Notes: a model not told the origin generated them from the letters alone. A stretch of DNA of 64,000 bases from Eledone cirrhosa (GCA_964016885.1 OZ024740.1:24986001-25050000); one strand, 5' to 3'. Positions 28,339 to 41,120 are shown, counted from the stretch's first letter. A program made the numbers and translations.

Positions 28339-30385
28339 TTACCGTACTTTTCGTAGAGGAGGGATGGTTTTTACATCCCTTTTCACTTGATCGTCTGGTG
28401 AAGGGACCGTTGAATCGTACCTTCGGCTGGTCGTCGGCTCTTCTAAGAGAATGTCTGAATATACTCTTCGATTGATAGTTCCTCCTAGGTCCCTGAAATC
28501 ACCAACTGCGTTGGGGAATTTCGTTTTAATGTTTGTGTATTGTTTCTGTGCTATTTTTAGCAGTCTTATGTTAGTTGGCGTTTTGATTGGTGCTGGTATT
28601 ATGTAGTCGTGTTGTGAAATGTCTGTGTGTTCAATTATGTAAGTCATTAGTTTCTTGTTGTGTGTATTTATTGCCGTGCATTTGTTTTTCTGGGGGTTGG
28701 GTGTGGTTCTGCTATTTTCTTGTCGTTGTTGCTGGGTGTGTGTGTTTTGTTGTTGTGTTTGCGATGTTGGTGCTTGTGGTGGTGGTGTTGAAGGTGTTGT
28801 TGGCGGTGGGGTTGTCGCCGGTGGTGATGGTGGTGCTAGTGTGGGTGGTGATGGTGTTGGTGGTGTTGCTGCTGTGGTTCTCTTTGCAGTAGACTTTACC
28901 CTTTTCTCATTTCTTTCCTCCCTTTTCAAAGGCGACGATGCGCTGCTTCTGCGTTTGTGCCTTCTTACGACCTTTTGCCATCCCTCTCCCACCTCACACT
29001 CCATGTATGATTCTGTGAGGTCGGGGAGGGGTACCAGCTCCACTCTTTCACTTGTTGTTGTTGGTGATGTTTGCACTGGAGTCTCTGTTGCAGCTGCATT
29101 TGGTATTGCTGTTGTTGTTGTTAATATTTCCACTGCTGCTGCTGTTTTTGATTTCCGTGGCGTGGGTATGGGTGCCACGGACCTATCGTTCCTGGTTGCC
29201 GCTTGTCCTGTTTCTGGTAGCCGTGGAGCCGGTTTCGGAATGAGGGGGATTTTCTCCTTTCTCAGGGTCTTCTCTTGGCAGAAGGCCCTGTGGTGAGTCT
29301 TCGATCCACAGCGAAAGCATTTCGGGCGTTTTCCCTCAACACTTATGGGCAGTTGAGTGCCGTTATCGAAGTCTATCACGTCCGGGATAGCTTCGATGCA
29401 CTCCTGGTTGGTTTCGATTAGCATCTCAATGGAGGTGCCGACCCAATCTTTTCTTACTTTTTTCTGTACTTGCAGTACAGTTGTTTTGTCCTCGATTCCA
29501 ACGAGGATAGACGCGGCCAGCCAAGAAGGGGCCATTCTGGGGGGGGGGGGGGGCGTGGGTCAGTTTGACCCTCACAGTTTTTTGCCCGCAGTAGGAGGGC
29601 ACCAACACCAAAAGTACGTCTACGGTGGCATATTTTTTGCCTCGGGTGATGTGCGTTTTCCGCTGCCACACAGACCCCAAGGCTTTTTGTATTTGCGCCT
29701 CTGTGGCTCTTTCCACCCTACGGGATTTTGTACTTACTGTACGGTACGTGACCGTACAGTGCTGTTGGGTTTCGAAAAATGTTTCCGCTGCCTTGCAGAT
29801 TGCTCGGTGTCCATTCTTTGTCACCATCTTCTTGGCTTCCTCTAATTCCTCATTTGTTATGAGGATTGTTTCCAAGTTTTTCGCAACACCTGCAAATGAG
29901 ATTGGTTTTTCTCTGCTGCTGTTGTTGTTGTTGTCGTCAGAGCTGCTGTTACTTTTGTTGTTGCTGCAGGTACTACGACTACTGCCTTCGCCGCTGTTGT
30001 TGTGGTGGTTGTTGGTGTTGCTGCTGCTAATGCTGTTGTTGTTTATGCTGCTGGTGATGCTGTTGCGGCTGCTACTGTTGTTTTCATTGTCACTGTTGCT
30101 GTTGTTATTACGGCTGCTACTGCTATTATTCCTGACGTCAGACGAATGAACTGGGTTTTCGTATTTCCCGCACACCTGTTTCGTCGCTGTCGTCGTGGAG
30201 AAACCTTGCACGCTTTGCACGAGACTTTTCTTTTCTTTCGTCGCTTGCGAAAGAGAAGCGAGGGAGAGAGACACATTTAAAGAAGGGAGGGAGAGAGACA
30301 ATCTTCTCTCTGCTGTAGTGATGATTGAGGAAGAAGAAGACGGAATGAGTGGGAGTGACCTATGAAATTTCTTTTTCGTAGCCAT
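28339..30385 (-). pseudogene. L1/Tx1 ORF1 (gag-like, CCHC zinc knuckle), frameshifted at a poly-C tract
   Basis: ORFs 29426-30385 and 28339-29535 join across the G-run at ~29539-29553. Contains CFRCGSKTHHRAFC and a WQKV motif, and lies immediately upstream of ORF2. Confidence 0.8.
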
Positions 30386-30603
30386 GTTGTTTTTTTTTTG
30401 TTTAAAATAAATATTGGGTACAAAACCCCAATAAGCAGTTATTTAACCCCGAAGGGCCAAATAACGGGCAGAAAGACCCCTCTCACGAGGAGGAGGGTGT
30501 TTTTGTCTACAAGTTCGTTAAAGTTTTAAACAATTTACAATTGTTATAGTGTTCAAAATTTACAATACCTTACAGAGCCGAGCCTCCGTCAACCATAGCA
30601 TTC

Positions 30604-30633
<30 letters not shown>

Positions 30634-30636
<3 letters not shown>

Positions 30637-33100
30637 AACCGCATGTTCGACAACAACCAGAAGATGCTGTTTGGACAGCTTGATGGGAAAGAAAGAGGCA
30701 ACGACTTGATCCCTGAGGCGGAACAAACTAAAACATTCTGGAGAGGAATATGGGAGCAGGATGTTAGACATAATGACCAGGCAGTGTGGATTGAGACAGT
30801 ACAGAAGGAGATCGGTGAACAGGCACACCAACAAATTGATTTGAGTATCACAGTTGAAACTCTTAAGGGGCAGGCCAAAAAACTAACCAACTGGAAATCA
30901 CCAGGCCCAGATGGTGTGCAGGGGTATTGGATTAAAAATATAACATCCCTCCACCCGAAACTGACAACCATGTTCAATGACTGCTTGATGTCAGGTGAGG
31001 TACCAGAGTGGTTGACAAAAGGTACCACAGTTCTGATAATGAAAGACCGAATCACGGGTAATGATGTTACCAACTATAGACCTATCACATCTCTGTCCGT
31101 AATGTGGAAACTGTTGACGAGCATTGTGTCTGAGGAAATCTACCATCACCTCCACACAAACAACTTGTTACCAGACGAACAGAAAGGATGCCGAAAGAAG
31201 TCACGTGGTACAAATGACCAGTTACTTATTGATAAGATGGTAATGGGGAATTGCAGGAGGAGACACACTGATCTTGCCATGGGATGGATAGACTACAGAA
31301 AGGCATTTGACATGGTGCCTCATTCTTTGATCACCAAAAGCCTGGAGATCTTCAGGGTGGCAGATAACATCAGACAGTTGTTGCACAAAAGTATGAGGTC
31401 CTGGGAAACAGAGTTGACATCAACTGGAGAATCCTTGGGAAGCGTGAAGATCAAGAGAGGTATCTTCCTAGGAGATAGCCTGTCCCCTCTGTTGTTTGTC
31501 CTTGCCCTGATGCCCCTGACCAGTGTGCTTCGAAAAGTGAGAGCAGGATACAGGTTGGGAAAGGGAGGGCTTACCATCAATCACCTCCTCTTCATGGACG
31601 ATCTTAAGCTCTTCGGGAAGAGTGAGGAGTTGGATGTGCTTGTTGACACTGTCCGTATTTTCAGCAGTGATATATGTATGCAGTTTGGTATTAGAAAGTG
31701 TGGAGACATTGTGATGAGGAGGGGTAGGTTGAGCAGAAGTAACGGAATCCAGATACCAACAGGTGAGATGATAAAGGAAATTGACTCTGAGTAAGGATAC
31801 AAGTATTTGGGCGTTCTGGAGGCTGATGGCATACAAAACAAAAAAATGAAGGAATTGTTAAGAACTGAATACATTCGGAGAGTAAGGAGCGTATTGAAGT
31901 CACATCTGAACAGCAGAAATGCCATAAGCGCAGTAAATTCCCGAGCTGTGTCTATTATTAGGTACAGTGCGGGAATTCTGAGATGGAATGTTGCTGAACA
32001 AAAAGAAATGGATAGGAAGACTAGGAAGCTATTAACTATCTACAACATGTTCCACAAGAGGAGTGATGTCGATAGACTCTACTTAAGGAGATCTGAGGGT
32101 GGAAGAGGTCTTATCAGCATAGAGGACTGTGTTCAGATGGTGAAAAACAACCTACACAAATACGTGACTGATAGTAAGGAACCAATGCTCAGAACTGTAC
32201 TGAAGGAGGGGACAATAGGCCAGGGGATGTCCAAGGAGGAAATAACATCAAGGAGAAAGAGCAGCCTTCAGAAAAAATCCCTTCATAGTACCTTATTTGA
32301 GAAAACTGAATTTAGAGATCCACAGACATGGAATTGGTTGAGAAGAGGAGACCTTAAAAAGGCTACAGAAGGAATGCTAATGGCTGCGCAGGAGCAGGCC
32401 CTCAAAACGAAGTGGTTGAAGCACCATATCTACAAGGAGGAGGCTAGCCCACTGTGCAGGATCTGTGGAGAGAGAGAGGAGACTGTGGCTCACATTGTAT
32501 CCGAGTGTAAACACTAGCCCAGACCTACTATAAGGGCTGGAGACATGATGTGATGGGCAGGGTGATCCACTGGCACCTGTGCAAAGTAAACAATTTACCA
32601 CATTCTGAGAAATGGTATGAGCATAAGCCAGAGGCGGTGATAGAGAACGATCAGGTGAAGGTGCTGTGGGATTTTAGGATACAGACGGACAAGAAACTGG
32701 AACACAATAGACCTGACTTGGTGGTTGTGGACAAAGAAAAAAGATCGTGCCTGATTGTGGATGTGGCCTGCCCATTCGACACGAGAGTGCAAGAGAAGGA
32801 GAGGGAGAAAATTAACCGATACCAGGACTTAAAGTGGGAGGTAAAAGGATTTGGAACTGCCATGAAGTCAAAGTGATCCCGATCGTCATAGGCGCACTTG
32901 GGACTATCTCCAAAAGTTTCCAGGGATGGTTAAAGAAAATCGGCCCCTTCACGCTTTTTGGAACGCTTCAAAAGGCATACTTGCTTGGAACAGCAAGAAC
33001 CCTCCGATACGTCCTGAATATCTGAGGCTGCAGGTAGTGGCTTGATATTCATTCCAACGGACTTTCCAGTTAACTAACATCAATGACTGAGATTCAAGGA
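30634..33100 (+). mobile_element. 5'-truncated, inactivated copy of the R4/Dong-type element at 36-39.5 kb
   Basis: Highly similar to ~37008-39478, with stops at ~31792 and ~32515 and a frameshift near 32840. It starts directly after (AAT)n. Confidence 0.93.
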
Positions 33101-33115
33101 GTAATAACAACAATA

Positions 33116-33759
33116 ATCTCCAACCGAATACCTAAACAGGCATGACAGAGCTGCACAATACATACATTGGATAATGTGTAAGCATTTTGACCTGCCCCAT
33201 CAAAAGAATTGGTGGGAGCATCAACCACCTCCCATACTTGAAAAAGATCACATCTCAATCTTGTGGGACTTTAGCATCCAAACAGACCGAAAAATAGATG
33301 CAAATAGACCTGATATAATATTGAAGGACTTTCGAAGGAGGGTATGCCTGCTAATTGATATGTCTGTTCCAATAGACAAAATGTATCTATAAAAACATTT
33401 GAAAAATTGAGCAAGTATAAGGACCTGGAGATAGAAATTGGAAAAATGTGGAAATTGAGAACTAAAACAATACCAGTGGTTGTAGGCGCTCTGGGAATGA
33501 TAACTAAGGGGTCTAACGACTACTTATCGCAAATCCCAGGAAACCCGCGTATAGGAGAAATACAAAAGATAGTACTAATGGGAACTGCCCATATACTAAG
33601 GAAGATCCTGTCAATATAAGTACATCACAAGTCTAAACACTAAGGATGCATGTGTGAATATGTATGTTCTTTCTTGAACATGGCGGACCTTGTTGTCTCT
33701 TGAGGTCACTGGTTGTGACTTGGTGATAACTCGTATAAACATAAAGCAAGATAAATGCA
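33116..33759 (+). mobile_element. 3' fragment of a second R4/Dong-type RLE LINE family
   Basis: Contains RHD, NRPDIILKD and LIDMSVP (RLE), is near-identical to ~34247-34890, and is followed by (TAA)n. Confidence 0.88.
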
Positions 33760-33781
33760 AATAATAATAATAATAATAATA

Positions 33782-34892
33782 AATCACATGATTGGATGAT
33801 CAAACTCGTTTTGAAACACGAAAGCATCAAAAGATCATATTCCATTACAAAAGATGCACAAAGATACAGTAACGGACTACAAATTTCAGAAGTCCCAGTT
33901 ACTGCTGAAATGGAAAACACAGAAAAAGCAAAGCAGGTAAAAGTAACTGCAAAGAAAGAACTGCTACAGAAACTGGCTAAGAAATGGCAAGAAAAGCCTC
34001 TGTATGGAAAGTACCCAGAGCGAGCTAACAATCCTGATGTTGACAAAACTTTAACCCATCAGTGGTTGGCATCCTCTGGACTGAAATCGGAGACTGAAGG
34101 ACTGATTATATCGGCACAAGATCAGTGTCTGCCAACAAAAAATTACCAAGCCAACATAATAAAAAATGGGTGCAACCCATTATGCCGTGTATGCAAAAAA
34201 CAACCAGAGACCATTGACCATATAATTTCAATGTGCAGTCCTATAGCTCCAACCGAATACCTAAACAGGCATGACAGAGCTGCACAATACATACATTGGA
34301 TAATGTGTAAGCATTTTGACCTGCCCCATCAACAGAATTGGTGGGAGCATCAACCACCTCCCATACTTGAAAAAGATCACATCTCAATCTTGTGGAACTT
34401 TAGCATCCAAACAGACCGAAAAATAGATGCAAACAGACCTGATATAATATTGAAAGACTTTCAAAAGAGGGTATGCCTGCTAATTGATATGTCTGTTCTA
34501 ATAGACAAGAATGTATCTATAAAAACATTTGAAAAATTGAGCAAGTATAAGGACCTGGAGATAGAAATTAGAAAAATGTGGAAATTGAGAACTAAAACAA
34601 TACCAGTGGTTGTAGGCGCTCTGGGAATGATACCTAAGGGGTCTAATGATTACATATCGCAAATCCCAGGAAACACGCGTATAGGAGAAATACAAAAGAT
34701 ATTACTAATGGGAACTGCCCATATACTAAGGAAGATTCTGTCAATATAAGTACATCAGAAGTCTAAACACTAAAGATGCATGTGTGAATATGTATGTTCT
34801 TTCTTGAACATGGCGGACCTTGTTGTCTCTTGAGGTCACTGGTTGTGACTTGGTGATAACTCGTATGAACATAAAGCAAGATAAATGCAACT

Positions 34893-34893
<1 letters not shown>
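33782..34893 (+). mobile_element. 5'-truncated R4/Dong-type LINE (second family): CCHC plus RLE domain and 3' UTR
   Basis: The 317-aa ORF contains AQDQ, CRVC..ETIDHIISMC, RHD, RPD..D and K..KY. (TAA)n lies on both sides. Confidence 0.9.
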
Positions 34894-34953
<60 letters not shown>

Positions 34954-35829
34954 TAATAAGGGAAGAAGACGCACGAGGTGACGGAGGTCATGAAATCGCT
35001 CCCGTAAGTTTTGAATTTTTAACATATTTAAATCATTTGTGAAATAACAACTCTTAGTACAAATGCTACGTAAAGCACCCGGCTTGAGCCCAAAAAAATT
35101 CGGACCCAAAATATATTGTTATAAGGCTCAAATATTCAAATATTCAACTTTGTATTGTACACTGTATATCCAAAAAAGAAAATGGCTATAAATGGAAGAA
35201 GAACCCCCCCCCTCCTCCTCTGTCTACACTATATAGAACAGCCAAACTCACCAACACCAGAAACTAGATACACCACCCACCCCATCACCTGTGTACACTA
35301 AACCACCACCGCTCACTACAGCCATCATTACAACCATTATCCCATCACTGCCGCCACCACTCCTTCACTCCTTCACTGCTGCCACCGCTACAGCACCATC
35401 ACTACAGTAATACGGTCACATCACCGCCACCACTGCCTCGGTATCGACATCACCACCACCACTGTCTCAATATCGCTACCGCCGCCAGTCTCCCACTTCT
35501 CCCTGCTGGCTGCTACTTCCACATTATAGAATTCCTACTACTAACAAAGAGGAAGGCATCAAAATATATAGATAGACTCAAAAGAAAAAAAGAAAAAACA
35601 AACAACAAAACCAAAGCAACACAGCAACAACAGCAAAAACGAGAAAAACAAACAGAGAAAAACAAAAACAAAAACAAAAAAAGAAACCCCAAAAACGTAA
35701 AGAAAATAAGAATGAAGAGAGAAGCAGGCGGACGGACAGAGAAGAGGGGGGGAAAAGTAAAACTTAAAAAACAAAAACTAAGTCAGATATTCGAACACTA
35801 CATTACAATGAAACTTATGCTTATTCATT

Positions 35830-38800
35830 TTTGGGGCCCTTTCTGCCTGTGTGTTTGTTTGTTTATGTGTGTTCGTATACAGCGTGGTGATAATGCCACA
35901 CAAGGGCCAAGTGGGATGGCGGATCCACAGATGGCTATGTAACTATACATTCGCCAATCCTCGATAAGAGTGTTTAAATATCGAACATAAACAGTTCGAA
36001 TAACGGTGAAATGGAGACTTGAACGTCATGTGACAGACTCTCACCCAACAGGTGCCCCCTGGCTCAGCAGCAGGAACCTGACTGTCAACCAAATACTGCT
36101 GATGTTGGAGGAAGGAGAAGAAGGAAAGGGGCCAGAACCAACTGGACGAAAGAATTGAATAGAACTGTTATGCAATGCTACCTGAAAAGTAACCCCAAGG
36201 AGAGGGGCTACAGGAGACGGATGCATAACATCTGGAACGAGATTGGTTTATTTAAATTAGATGAACAAAAATTGGCCGGGCAGGCTCGGGTAATAAGAAC
36301 TAATGGGTGGATAAGCGAGCTGGAACTGGAGGAACTGAGCAGAGAGAATGGCTTGGAGATGGCGGGTGTAGTATGCCAGACAAGCGAGCCAGTGGGAAAT
36401 GAAGGTGAAGAGGTCCTGAGAACGGAGGAACCACCCGAAGCAGACAATGATCTGAATACTGAGATAAATAATACCTGGAACAGAGATACGGCCACTGAGG
36501 AGATGAATGCTGACGGGCTAGGACAAGATTTGGTTGACATCCTAAATTTAGTGGTAGATGAATTGAACAATGATAGTGGGAGACCTATGAACCTAAGATT
36601 TGTAGACAGGAAAAAGTTAAAAGAAACAACAGCTAAGGTAAACAAAGTCATCCCATACCTTGAGGCGAGGAGCCTTCACCAGTGCAACAATATCCTCAAA
36701 GCAACAGCAAATACGGTGAGGAAACTACTTGGTATAAAAGCGAGAGGAAACAACAGACAAGAAAGAGCAGAGCCGTGGTGGAAGAAGCGACTGAGTGGGC
36801 AAATCGGGGAAATGAGAAATGACATAGGAAAGCTTGAGTCACTACTGAATGGGACACTAAAAAACATAGGCACTAAAAATAGACTGGAAATAAAATACAA
36901 AACTAGGAGGAAAAAGCTAAATATTATCATAGAGGAATTGAAGCAACGCATTGTAGCAAAGAGTGCAAAAATCAGGCGATACGAGAACAGAGTCAGTCAG
37001 TATAAACAGAACCGCATGTTCGACAACAACCAGAAGATGTTGTTTGGACAGCTTGATTGGAAAGAAAGAGGCAACGACTTGATCCCTGGGGCGGAACAAA
37101 CTAAAACATTCTGGAGAGGAATATGGGAGCAGGATGTTAGACACAATGCCCAGGCAGGGTGGATTGAGAAAGTACGGAGGGAGATCGGTGAGCAGGCACA
37201 GCAACAGACTGATTTGAGTATCACAGTTGAAACTCTTAAGGGGCAGGCCAAAAAACTAACCAACTGGAAATCACCAGGCCCAGATGGTGTGCAGGGGTAT
37301 TGGATTAAACATTTAACATCCCTCCACCCGAAGCTGACGGCCATGTTCAATGACTGCTTGGTGTCGGGTGAGGTGCCAGAGTGGTTGACAAAAGGTACCA
37401 CAGTTCTGATAATGAAAGACCGAATCAAGGGTAATGATGTTACCAACTATAGACCTATCACATGTCTGTCCGTAATGTGGAAACTGTTGACGAGCATTGT
37501 GTCTGAGGAAATCTACCATCACCTCCACACAAACAACTTGTTACCGGACGAACAGAAAGGATGCCGAAAGAAGTCACGTGGTACAAAGGACCAGTTGCTT
37601 ATTGATAAGATGGTAATGGGGAATTGTAGGAGGAGACACACTGATCTTGCCATGGGATGGATAGACTACAGAAAGGCATTTGACATGGTGCCTCATTCCT
37701 GGATCACCAAGAGCCTGGAGATATTCAGGGTGGCAGATAACATCAGACAGTTGCTAGGCAGGAGTATGGGGTCCTGGGAGACAGAGTTGACATCAACTGG
37801 AGTATCCTTGGGAAGCGTGAAGATCAAGAGAGGTATCTTCCAGGGAGATAGCCTGTCCCCTCTGTTGTTTGTCCTTGCCCTGATGCCCTTGACCATTATG
37901 CTGCGAAAAGTGAGAGCAGGATACAAGTTGGGAAGGGGAGAGCTTACCATCAATCACCTCCTCTTCATGGACGATCTTAAGCTCTTCGGGAAAAGTGAGA
38001 AGGAGTTGGATGTGCTTGTTGACACTGTCCGTATTTTCAGCAGTGATATATGTATGCAGTTTGGTATTGGTAAATGTGGAGTCATTGTGATGAAGAGGGG
38101 TAGGTTGAGCAGAAGTAACGGGATCGAGATACCAACAGGTGAGATGATAACGGAAATTGACTCTGAGGAAGGATACAAGTATTTGGGCGTTCTGGAGGCT
38201 GATGGCATAAAGAACAAAAAAATGAAGGAATTGTTAAGAACTGAATACATTCGGAGAGTAAGGAGCGTATTGAAGTCACATCTGAACAGCAGAAATGCCA
38301 TAAGTGCAGTAAATTCCCGAGCTGTGTCTATTATCAGGTACAGTGCGGGAATTCTGAGATGGAATGTTGCTGAACAAAAAGAAATGGATAGGAAGACTAG
38401 GAAGCTATTGACTATCTACAACATGTTCCACAAGAGGAGTGATGTCGATAGACTCTACCTAAGGAGATCTGAGGGTGGAAGAGGTCTTATCAGCATAGAG
38501 GACTGTGTTCAGATGGAGAAAAACAACCTATACAAATACGTGACCTATAGTAAGGAGCCAATGCTCAGAACTGTACTGAAGGAGAGGACAATAGACCAGG
38601 GGATGTCCAAGGAGGAAATAACAACAAGGAGAAAGAGCAGCCTTAAGGGAAAATCCCTTCATAGTACCTTCTTTGAGAAAACTGAATTCAGAGATCCACA
38701 GACATGGAACTGGTTGAGAAGAGGAGACCTCAAAAAGGCTACAGAAGGAATGCTAATGGCTGCGCAGGAGCAGGCCCTCAAAACGAAGTGGTTGAAGCAC

Positions 38801-39492
38801 CATATCTACAAGGAGGAGGCTAGCCCACTGTGCAGGATCTGTGGAGAGAGAGAGGAGACTGTGGCTCACATTGTGTCCGAGTGTAAACACCTAGCCCAGA
38901 CCCACTATAAGGGCTGGAGACACGATGTGATGGGCAGGGTGATCCACTGGCACCTGTGCAAAGTAAACAATTTACCACATTCTGAGAAATGGTATGAGCA
39001 TAGGCCAGAGGCGGTGATGGAGAACAATCAGGTGAAGGTGCTGTGGGATTTTAGGATACAGACGGACAAAAAACTGGAACACAATAGACCTGACCTGGTG
39101 GTTGTGGACAAAGAAAAAAGATCGTGCCTGATTGTGGATGTGGCCTGCCCGTTCGACACGAGAGTGCAAGAGAAGGAGAGGGAGAAAATTAACCGATACC
39201 AGGACCTAAAGTGGGAGGTGAAAAGGATTTGGAACTGCCATGAAGTCAAAGTGATCCCGATTGTCATAGGCGCACTGGGGACTATGTCCAAAAGTTTCCA
39301 GGGATGGTTAAAGAAAATCGGCCCCTTCACGCTTTTTGGAACGCTTCAAAAGGCATGCTTGCTTGGAACAGCAAGAACCCTCCGATACGTCCTGAATATC
39401 TGAGGCTGCAGGTAGTGGCTTGATATTCAATCCAACGGACTTTCCAGTTAACCAACATCAATGACTGAGATTCAAGGAATAACAACAACAAC
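35830..39492 (+). mobile_element. Full-length-like R4/Dong-clade non-LTR retrotransposon with (AAT)n 3' junction; 5' boundary approximate
   Basis: Single long RT+RLE ORF, a short 3' UTR shared with the 30.6-kb copy, then (AAT)n. Confidence 0.85.
36155..39403 (+). CDS. Reverse transcriptase / restriction-like endonuclease polyprotein (frame open from 36023)
   Basis: Uninterrupted 1082-aa ORF with KSPGPDG, YRPI, DYRKAFD, IFQGDSLSP, LFMDD, KYLG, CRIC..ETVAHIVSEC, RHD, RPDLVVVD and KINRY. Confidence 0.93.
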   Translation: MNRTVMQCYLKSNPKERGYRRRMHNIWNEIGLFKLDEQKLAGQARVIRTNGWISELELEELSRENGLEMAGVVCQTSEPVGNEGEEVLRTEEPPEADNDLNTEINNTWNRDTATEEMNADGLGQDLVDILNLVVDELNNDSGRPMNLRFVDRKKLKETTAKVNKVIPYLEARSLHQCNNILKATANTVRKLLGIKARGNNRQERAEPWWKKRLSGQIGEMRNDIGKLESLLNGTLKNIGTKNRLEIKYKTRRKKLNIIIEELKQRIVAKSAKIRRYENRVSQYKQNRMFDNNQKMLFGQLDWKERGNDLIPGAEQTKTFWRGIWEQDVRHNAQAGWIEKVRREIGEQAQQQTDLSITVETLKGQAKKLTNWKSPGPDGVQGYWIKHLTSLHPKLTAMFNDCLVSGEVPEWLTKGTTVLIMKDRIKGNDVTNYRPITCLSVMWKLLTSIVSEEIYHHLHTNNLLPDEQKGCRKKSRGTKDQLLIDKMVMGNCRRRHTDLAMGWIDYRKAFDMVPHSWITKSLEIFRVADNIRQLLGRSMGSWETELTSTGVSLGSVKIKRGIFQGDSLSPLLFVLALMPLTIMLRKVRAGYKLGRGELTINHLLFMDDLKLFGKSEKELDVLVDTVRIFSSDICMQFGIGKCGVIVMKRGRLSRSNGIEIPTGEMITEIDSEEGYKYLGVLEADGIKNKKMKELLRTEYIRRVRSVLKSHLNSRNAISAVNSRAVSIIRYSAGILRWNVAEQKEMDRKTRKLLTIYNMFHKRSDVDRLYLRRSEGGRGLISIEDCVQMEKNNLYKYVTYSKEPMLRTVLKERTIDQGMSKEEITTRRKSSLKGKSLHSTFFEKTEFRDPQTWNWLRRGDLKKATEGMLMAAQEQALKTKWLKHHIYKEEASPLCRICGEREETVAHIVSECKHLAQTHYKGWRHDVMGRVIHWHLCKVNNLPHSEKWYEHRPEAVMENNQVKVLWDFRIQTDKKLEHNRPDLVVVDKEKRSCLIVDVACPFDTRVQEKEREKINRYQDLKWEVKRIWNCHEVKVIPIVIGALGTMSKSFQGWLKKIGPFTLFGTLQKACLLGTARTLRYVLNI

Positions 39493-39629
<137 letters not shown>

Positions 39630-40029
39630 GCGAAAGGTTGCAAGGAATGTGAAGAAGAAAAGTTCAAAATTCAAGTGAAGTAATAAAGAAATCAATAACG
39701 AAGAAAAGGAAAATTGAAGCAGTAAGACGGGGCATGAGAAGAAAAAGCATATGGACATAAGAAATGAAAGGAAAGAAAGGAATGAAAGAAAAGAAAAAAA
39801 AAGGAAAAACAGTAAAAAAAGTCTGAATAATGATAGCAAGGACACGATGATGTATTAGACACTTTATAAAGACAATAACAATTACAAGAACAACAATTAT
39901 AACATCTACACAACATTTGCAGTTACACCATGATAAACTACAGCTTTAGGGTCGACAATGTGGACAGTAAATTTGAGTTATGGAATAAAATGGTTTGGTT
40001 TCTGATTCCGGCATAATTGAGATTATTTT

Positions 40030-40187
40030 AGGGGAGGCGAACTGCTACTCTATGTTATTGTCTGCATAAGGATGATAGGCCAAACTAACCTGATTGGGAT
40101 TTGAACTCAGAATGTAGAAACTCGTAACTAAATACCGCTAATCACGTTATCCAACATATAACTGATACTGTTAAATTACTGTCCACC
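40030..40187 (-). mobile_element. Diverged SINE family 1 copy
   Basis: GGGATTTGAACTCAG (reverse B-box) and AAGGATGATAGGC core remnant. Confidence 0.55.
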
Positions 40188-40309
40188 ATTAAGGAAGAAA
40201 GATAAAGTATAAACAAAACATGGCCAAATATCATGTTACAAATGGCAGTCAAATGCCTCTCAAATCATGGTTTACCATCTCAACATACCAATGAATGTAG
40301 TGTAGGTTA

Positions 40310-41120
40310 AACATGGAAAAGAGAATCATGAAGGAATACAACAGGAAAGTACGTGATGTCCTGAAAACTGTGCTTAATTAAAAAGTCAAATATCTGCCAT
40401 TAATCTGCTTGCATTCCCAGATATCAACCTAAAGTTTCAATATCAGAAATTGGAACGTTAGTGGTATAAAGGAAATAGACACCAAAATCAGGAATCTTCT
40501 GACCTTAATAAACTATATCACCTAATTGTCGATGTGCCTTCCTTCTATCTCCCTAAACAAAATGGAGGTAGAGGAGTGATCCAGCTTGAGCTGTCGTACA
40601 AAATGTCAACCATTGGACCCGATCAGTACCTTAAAACCACAGACGGCTGGATGCTGAAAATGGATGCATATCATGAAGGGAAGAATAGATTATATAATAT
40701 CACAAAAAACTGTAATACCATTTTGGTAATGATGGCAATTCTGCAATTAAAGCTGGGAAGAACATCAAATTGTTGCCAAAACCAGAAGTTTATCGGAATC
40801 TTTGCAGTAAATTAGACCACAAACCACTGCATAGGCAGTATGTTCCCCGTAGCAAAGAAACTGATGTACATCAAATTTTCAACTATCTGGCTGCGAAGTA
40901 ATAGTCTAAAAGCAGAGAATGGGGGCTTCGTTTCGGCTGCACAATACCAGTGTCTTTCATCGACAAATTCCAAGCCAATTTGATCAGAAATGAAATTGAT
41001 AGTCAGTGCACATGGAATGATAAAACAGAGGACTGAAACATATTTGGATCAGCTACCTGGAAAGCCATCCCTGCAAGTATTACAGAAAATAGTGCTGACT
41101 TATCCTGAGAAGGGCATTAA
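40310..41120 (+). pseudogene. Old, degenerate R4/Dong-like LINE remnant
   Basis: Fragments KEYNRKVRDVLK, IKEIDTKIRNLLT, FYLPKQNGGRGVIQLE and LQKIVL parallel the intact element's C-terminal half, with many stops and deletions. Confidence 0.65.

Larger units (their letters stand above)
24639..30603 (-). mobile_element. Near full-length L1/Tx1-clade LINE flanked by (TAA)n on both sides
   Basis: ORF1 has a CCHC knuckle and ORF2 has APE endonuclease plus RT. An AATAAA precedes the (ATT)n at the 3' end, and the 5' end abuts (AAT)n at 30604. Confidence 0.88.
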
